Part shown: piece by piece, positions 19,961 to 24,249 of the stretch
How the letters are laid out: each line of letters begins with the position of its first letter
How positions within the stretch are numbered: the first letter of the stretch is position 1
DNA from: Fidelibacterota bacterium
GTDB lineage: Bacteria; Fidelibacterota; Marinisomatia; Marinisomatales; TCS56
DNA length: 24,249 nucleotides
NCBI GenBank assembly: GCA_043822705.1
Contig: JBDRBK010000063.1
Coordinates: 1 to 24,249 of the forward strand
Reading direction: 5' to 3'
Notes under the pieces: model-generated
What the model was told of the DNA's origin: nothing
Seen by the model: the letters and a program-made list of their open reading frames with translations, nothing else
Databases searched by the model: none
Program-made: the position numbers and the translations under genes

Positions 19961-21916
19961 ATGTCAACCAATAACATGTCGATTAAACTTAAACTGATTA
20001 CCGGCATCTGTCTGGTGCTGGCGATGATGGTTTTAGTTGGGGCAATCGCCTACATCAAGAGTTCACAATACAGTGAACTGGCGGAAATGACACAATTCAT
20101 GATCGAAAAGGAAGTTGATCATTTCAAATGGTCAGCCGCCGTCAAGGATTTATTTATCGATAATGGCGAACAATTAAAAGTTGAGACCGACTGTCATAAG
20201 TGTGGTCTTGGAAAATGGTATTACGCGTTTATTAAATCAGATGAGTTTCGCAAACTACCGGACCAGCAGCAGAGACAATTGCTGGCTATCGAAGAACCGC
20301 ATAAGCGGTTGCATGAAACGGCAATTACGATCGGTGCCGCCTATAAACAACGACACCAGGGACTCGAGCGACAATTACAGTTGCGCCTGATCGATCATTA
20401 CAAGTGGGCCACGACTGTTTCCGAGCAACTGCTGGCGAATAGCGCTATCACCGTTCAGACGGATCCGCAAAAATGCGGCTTCGGTCAGTGGCTGGGTAGC
20501 AGCGACTGCAAAAAAATCCGCGCGGAGTGGAGCGAATTCGACCGCCTGATAACTGAACTATTACCCCATCATGAAGCAATTCACGAATCGGTAATCGATA
20601 TTAACCAGGCGGCGAATAATACGCGCAAGATACAGATTTTTAATACTGTGACCTTGCCGGAACTTGGTCTGGTGGACAATATTTTCAGCAGGATAATTGA
20701 GCTGGAAATTCAGAATGAAAATGCCTTCGAAAAAGCGGCGGAAATCGTCCGTACCGAAACCGAGCCGGCCTTGACTGCCGTGCTGGAGGTATTCAATGTG
20801 GCCTTGTCAGGCCTGCAAGCCGAGGCCCGGCAGGCCAACCGCAGCATGTACACAGGTATCATTGTCAGTCTGCTGGTCAGTGTCTGTCTGGCGATGCTGA
20901 TTAATACGCTGTTGATCCGGGCTACCATTAATCCGATCGAGAAATTGATCGTCATGATCAGGGATATTGCCGAAGGTGAAGGTGATTTGACCAGGCGTCT
21001 GGAAATTAATTCCCGCGATGAATTGGGTGTGCTTTCCAAGTGGTTCAATGTTTTTGTCGAAAAAGTTCACAATATTGTAAAACAGGTTAGGGAAAGTGCT
21101 GCCCAGGTCGCTAGTGCTTCCCAAGAAATTTCGGCTTCCAGCGAACAACTGGCCTCGGGTGCCGAGGAGCAGCAATCGCAGACTTCCGAAGTCGCTACCT
21201 CAGTGGAAGAAATGGCGGCTACGATCATGGAATCATCCAACAATTCCAACCGGGCACTGGATTCCGCCCGGCAGGCTGCTCAGGACGCCGATCAAGGCGG
21301 ATCGGTAGTTCAACAGACTATTGCCGGCATGGGGCGTATCTCGACGGCGGTACGGACATCGGCCGCCAAGATCGAGGAACTGGGGCAGCACTCGGAAGCG
21401 ATCGGTAAAATTGTCTCGGTCATTGATGACATTGCCGACCAGACCAACCTATTGGCTTTAAACGCAAATATTGAAGCCGCCCGTGCCGGTGAACAAGGTC
21501 GCGGATTTGCCGTAGTAGCCGATGAAGTCCGGGTGCTGGCGGAACGGACCACCAAGGCCACGGCTGAGATTGCCGAGATGATCAAGGGGATTCAGTCTGG
21601 CACGCACAATGCAGTGCAAGCGATGAATGAAGGAATTGAGGAAGTTGATCAGGGGGTCGACCTGGTAGGAAAAGCCGGCCAATCACTGGAACAGATCATT
21701 GCAGTCGTGAATTTGGTTCAGGAAGCCATAAACCAGATCGCCGTATCAGCGGAAGAACAGAGTGCCGGGGCGGAAGAAATTTCCGCCAATGTGGAGGGAA
21801 TCAGTACGGTGACAAAGCAATCCGCCAATTCAGCCCAGCAGGTGGCTAGTGCCGCGGAACAACTCAGCCGGGAAACGGAAACCCTGAATACCTTAGTCAA
21901 TCAATTCAAAATCTAA
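19961..21916 (+). CDS. Methyl-accepting chemotaxis protein with two periplasmic CZB (chemoreceptor zinc-binding) domains
   Basis: RBS GAGGAG. Between TM1 and TM2: DH54FKW...C81GLGKW...H114KRLH118 and DH146YKW...C172GFGQW...H204EAIH208 (two 3His/1Cys sets). Followed by HAMP and the MCP signalling domain. Confidence 0.92.
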   Translation: MSTNNMSIKLKLITGICLVLAMMVLVGAIAYIKSSQYSELAEMTQFMIEKEVDHFKWSAAVKDLFIDNGEQLKVETDCHKCGLGKWYYAFIKSDEFRKLPDQQQRQLLAIEEPHKRLHETAITIGAAYKQRHQGLERQLQLRLIDHYKWATTVSEQLLANSAITVQTDPQKCGFGQWLGSSDCKKIRAEWSEFDRLITELLPHHEAIHESVIDINQAANNTRKIQIFNTVTLPELGLVDNIFSRIIELEIQNENAFEKAAEIVRTETEPALTAVLEVFNVALSGLQAEARQANRSMYTGIIVSLLVSVCLAMLINTLLIRATINPIEKLIVMIRDIAEGEGDLTRRLEINSRDELGVLSKWFNVFVEKVHNIVKQVRESAAQVASASQEISASSEQLASGAEEQQSQTSEVATSVEEMAATIMESSNNSNRALDSARQAAQDADQGGSVVQQTIAGMGRISTAVRTSAAKIEELGQHSEAIGKIVSVIDDIADQTNLLALNANIEAARAGEQGRGFAVVADEVRVLAERTTKATAEIAEMIKGIQSGTHNAVQAMNEGIEEVDQGVDLVGKAGQSLEQIIAVVNLVQEAINQIAVSAEEQSAGAEEISANVEGISTVTKQSANSAQQVASAAEQLSRETETLNTLVNQFKI

Positions 21917-22077
21917 ACATCAATGGTAGCGGACAAAATTCCACCGGTCCCTGCATTCATCTATCAAATGGTGTATTGTATTTGCACTGAGATTGAGGAA
22001 GCTACTCTGCAAATAAAAATACTAAAACTAAAAAATTCAATGTTAAACACAGGTAATAACAAATAGGGGGAAGTCCG

Positions 22078-24024
22078 ATGAAGTTAAACGATCTAAAAAT
22101 CAATGTTAAGATAACTGCCGGCTTTGTATTGATGTTGATTCTTTTAACTATAGTTGGTTACACCGGTTACACCAATATAGATCTGGTTGTCGATCGAGTT
22201 GACAAGGGTGACGATGCCAACCGTTTGGTAAAATATGTTCTGGAGGCCAGACAGCAGGAAAAGAACTTTATCTTACGGGAAGACTATACCGCTGTTGCTA
22301 AGTGGGCTGAAATCATGGATCAGACTGCAGCTCAAATAGTCGATACAAAAGCCAAATTCAAGCAAGCCGGCAATCGTTCCATGATGGATAATCTGAACAA
22401 TGAGTATAAAGCCTATCGAGCCGCATTTGAAGGATATGTAGACTTACAGAAGCAGTTGCAGGAAACCCGCGATGCGATGGTTACCGCTGCCAGAACAGCG
22501 GATAACAAGGCGCATGATCTGCGTGCATCTCAGAAGAATCAGATGAACAAGGAGTTTGCCGATAAGATCGAATACGACAAATTAAAGGTACGGGTCAATA
22601 AGGCTGATGATGCTAACCGGCTTGTGAAATTCGTCAGTGATGCACGAATCATTGAAAAGAATTACATGTTGAGACATACCGATAATTATATTGAGGAAAT
22701 GCATTCTCTACTGGGGGATATGCTGGATCAAGTATCCGCCACAAGATTCAAAATGGTACAACAGGTCAATCTTGATCAGATGGATGCAATCAAAACGGCC
22801 ATAGAGGACTATCGCAAAGAATTTGAAAAAAATGTTGCGGTCAATAAGCTGAAAGATGATAAAACTACTGTAATGATTGATGCAGCCAGAAAATTTAACG
22901 AAGTGGCGACTGAACTGAGATCCATACAGAAAGATCAAATGCTTTCAGCCCGGTCCTTCGCAAAATTAATGATTCTCGTTTTTCAAGTAGGGTCAATAAT
23001 AGTCGGATTGTTTTCAGCCTGGTTCTTAATCAGAATAATAACCAAGCCGATCGCCAAAATGGTAACGGTTATGGAACGCCTGGGTAAGAATGATTTGACG
23101 GCCACCGCGGATATTGACAGCAATGATGAATTGGGTATCATGGCCAAATCTTATAATTCAGCCGTGAAGAATGTGTCGGTAATGCTCAACCAAGTCAAAA
23201 AAAGTGTGCAACAGGTATCCAGTGCTTCAGAGGAGATATCAGCTTCCAGCGAAGAATTGGCTTCCGGCGCCGAAGAGCAGCAATCCCAGGCATCGGAAGT
23301 AGCAACATCGGTGGAAGAAATGGCGGCTACGATTCTGCAGTCATCCAATAATACCAACAGCGCTTCCCAATCCGCTAAGAAAGCCAATGACGTTGCAACC
23401 ACCGGCGGCCGGATCGTACAACAGACGATCGGCGGCATGGAGCGAATCAGTCAGGCGGTGCGTGCTTCTTCCGAAAGGATCGAGGCACTGGGGCGGCAAT
23501 CGGAAGAAATCGGTAAAATTGTCTCGGTCATCGATGACATCGCCGACCAGACCAACCTGCTGGCCCTGAATGCCAACATCGAAGCCGCCCGTGCCGGTGA
23601 ACAGGGCCGCGGTTTTGCCGTCGTGGCCGATGAAGTCCGGGTGTTGGCGGAGCGTACCACCAAAGCGACGGCTGAAATCGCCGAAATGATCAAGGGCATC
23701 CAGGGCAGTACCGGTAATGCCGTCACCGCGATGAACGAAGGTATCAAAGAAGTGGATTCCGGTGTCAAGCTGGTCGGAGAAGCCGGCGAAGCATTATCGG
23801 AAATCATACAGGTGGTCAACGATGTTGATGCCATCATCAGTCAAGTTGCGGCTGCCGCTGAGGAACAGAGCAGTGGCGCGGAAGAAATTTCAGCCAACGT
23901 GGAAGGCATCAGTACAGTGACCAAACAGTCGGCTACTTCGGCCCAGCAAATGGCTGCCGCCGCCCAGCAATTGAGCTCCGAAGCGGAAGCGCTCAATAGC
24001 CTGGTAAACCAGTTCAAGCTTTAG
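22078..24024 (+). CDS. Methyl-accepting chemotaxis protein with an all-helical, internally duplicated (HBM-like) sensor
   Basis: Periplasmic repeat '[28 protein letters not shown]' / '[28 protein letters not shown]' 132 aa apart, followed by TM2, HAMP and the MCP domain. Confidence 0.92.
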   Translation: MKLNDLKINVKITAGFVLMLILLTIVGYTGYTNIDLVVDRVDKGDDANRLVKYVLEARQQEKNFILREDYTAVAKWAEIMDQTAAQIVDTKAKFKQAGNRSMMDNLNNEYKAYRAAFEGYVDLQKQLQETRDAMVTAARTADNKAHDLRASQKNQMNKEFADKIEYDKLKVRVNKADDANRLVKFVSDARIIEKNYMLRHTDNYIEEMHSLLGDMLDQVSATRFKMVQQVNLDQMDAIKTAIEDYRKEFEKNVAVNKLKDDKTTVMIDAARKFNEVATELRSIQKDQMLSARSFAKLMILVFQVGSIIVGLFSAWFLIRIITKPIAKMVTVMERLGKNDLTATADIDSNDELGIMAKSYNSAVKNVSVMLNQVKKSVQQVSSASEEISASSEELASGAEEQQSQASEVATSVEEMAATILQSSNNTNSASQSAKKANDVATTGGRIVQQTIGGMERISQAVRASSERIEALGRQSEEIGKIVSVIDDIADQTNLLALNANIEAARAGEQGRGFAVVADEVRVLAERTTKATAEIAEMIKGIQGSTGNAVTAMNEGIKEVDSGVKLVGEAGEALSEIIQVVNDVDAIISQVAAAAEEQSSGAEEISANVEGISTVTKQSATSAQQMAAAAQQLSSEAEALNSLVNQFKL

Positions 24025-24036
24025 TCCGGTGATAAT

Positions 24037-24249
24037 ATGAACAGTCAAATGCACGTATCACAACCTGACCGGAACCAGCATTCGACAGGATTCAGGTCCG
24101 ATGGAATCCTGCAATTGGTGGGCTTTCGTCTGGGACAGGAATTGTTCGGCGTTGATATTTTGAAAGTCCAGGATATCAACCGGCTGATGAAGGTAACAAA
24201 AATACCGCATGCACCTGAATTTGTCGAAGGTGTAATCAATCTGCGCGGT
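24037..24249 (+). CDS. cheW: Second CheW (3'-truncated by the window edge)
   Basis: From ATG 24037: MNSQMHVSQPDRNQHSTGFRSDGILQLVGFRLGQELFGVDILKVQDINRLMKVTKIPHAPEFVEGVINLRG, with 43/47 residues identical to the first CheW over the core. Not in the supplied ORF track. Confidence 0.93.
   Translation, partial: MNSQMHVSQPDRNQHSTGFRSDGILQLVGFRLGQELFGVDILKVQDINRLMKVTKIPHAPEFVEGVINLRG

Noticed and set aside
1..24249. CRISPR arrays, tRNA/rRNA, transposases, integrases
   Set aside because: None seen. Repeated DNA is confined to paralogous MCP, kinase and CheW coding regions.

Overview
Bacterial flagellar/chemosensory locus. It opens with the 3' end of a flagellin gene and a terminator, then fliS-fliD-flaG-(FlgN/FliT-like chaperone)-flgM-like. 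Next come a ~390-nt highly structured non-coding leader, a secreted YfiR-like protein, three transmembrane chemoreceptors (CHASE8-like, c-type heme CxxCH and dCache sensors) and cheW. Two soluble multi-PAS hybrid histidine kinases lie on the minus strand, followed by a second MCP-MCP-cheW cassette (tandem periplasmic CZB and HBM-like sensors) that runs off the window. Most notable: (1) a 186-nt element closed by a perfect 15-bp inverted repeat with clustered TCC/GGA motifs behind a sigma54-like promoter (candidate ncRNA, structured leader or inverton); (2) a YfiR-like/CHASE8-MCP pair suggesting a Yfi-type envelope sensor wired to chemotaxis; (3) an MCP with two apparently nested periplasmic CZB domains; (4) a FlgM-like protein with a duplicated sigma28-binding motif; (5) a duplicated MCP-MCP-cheW cassette with swapped sensor domains. 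All family calls are by-eye motif recognition; no searches were run.
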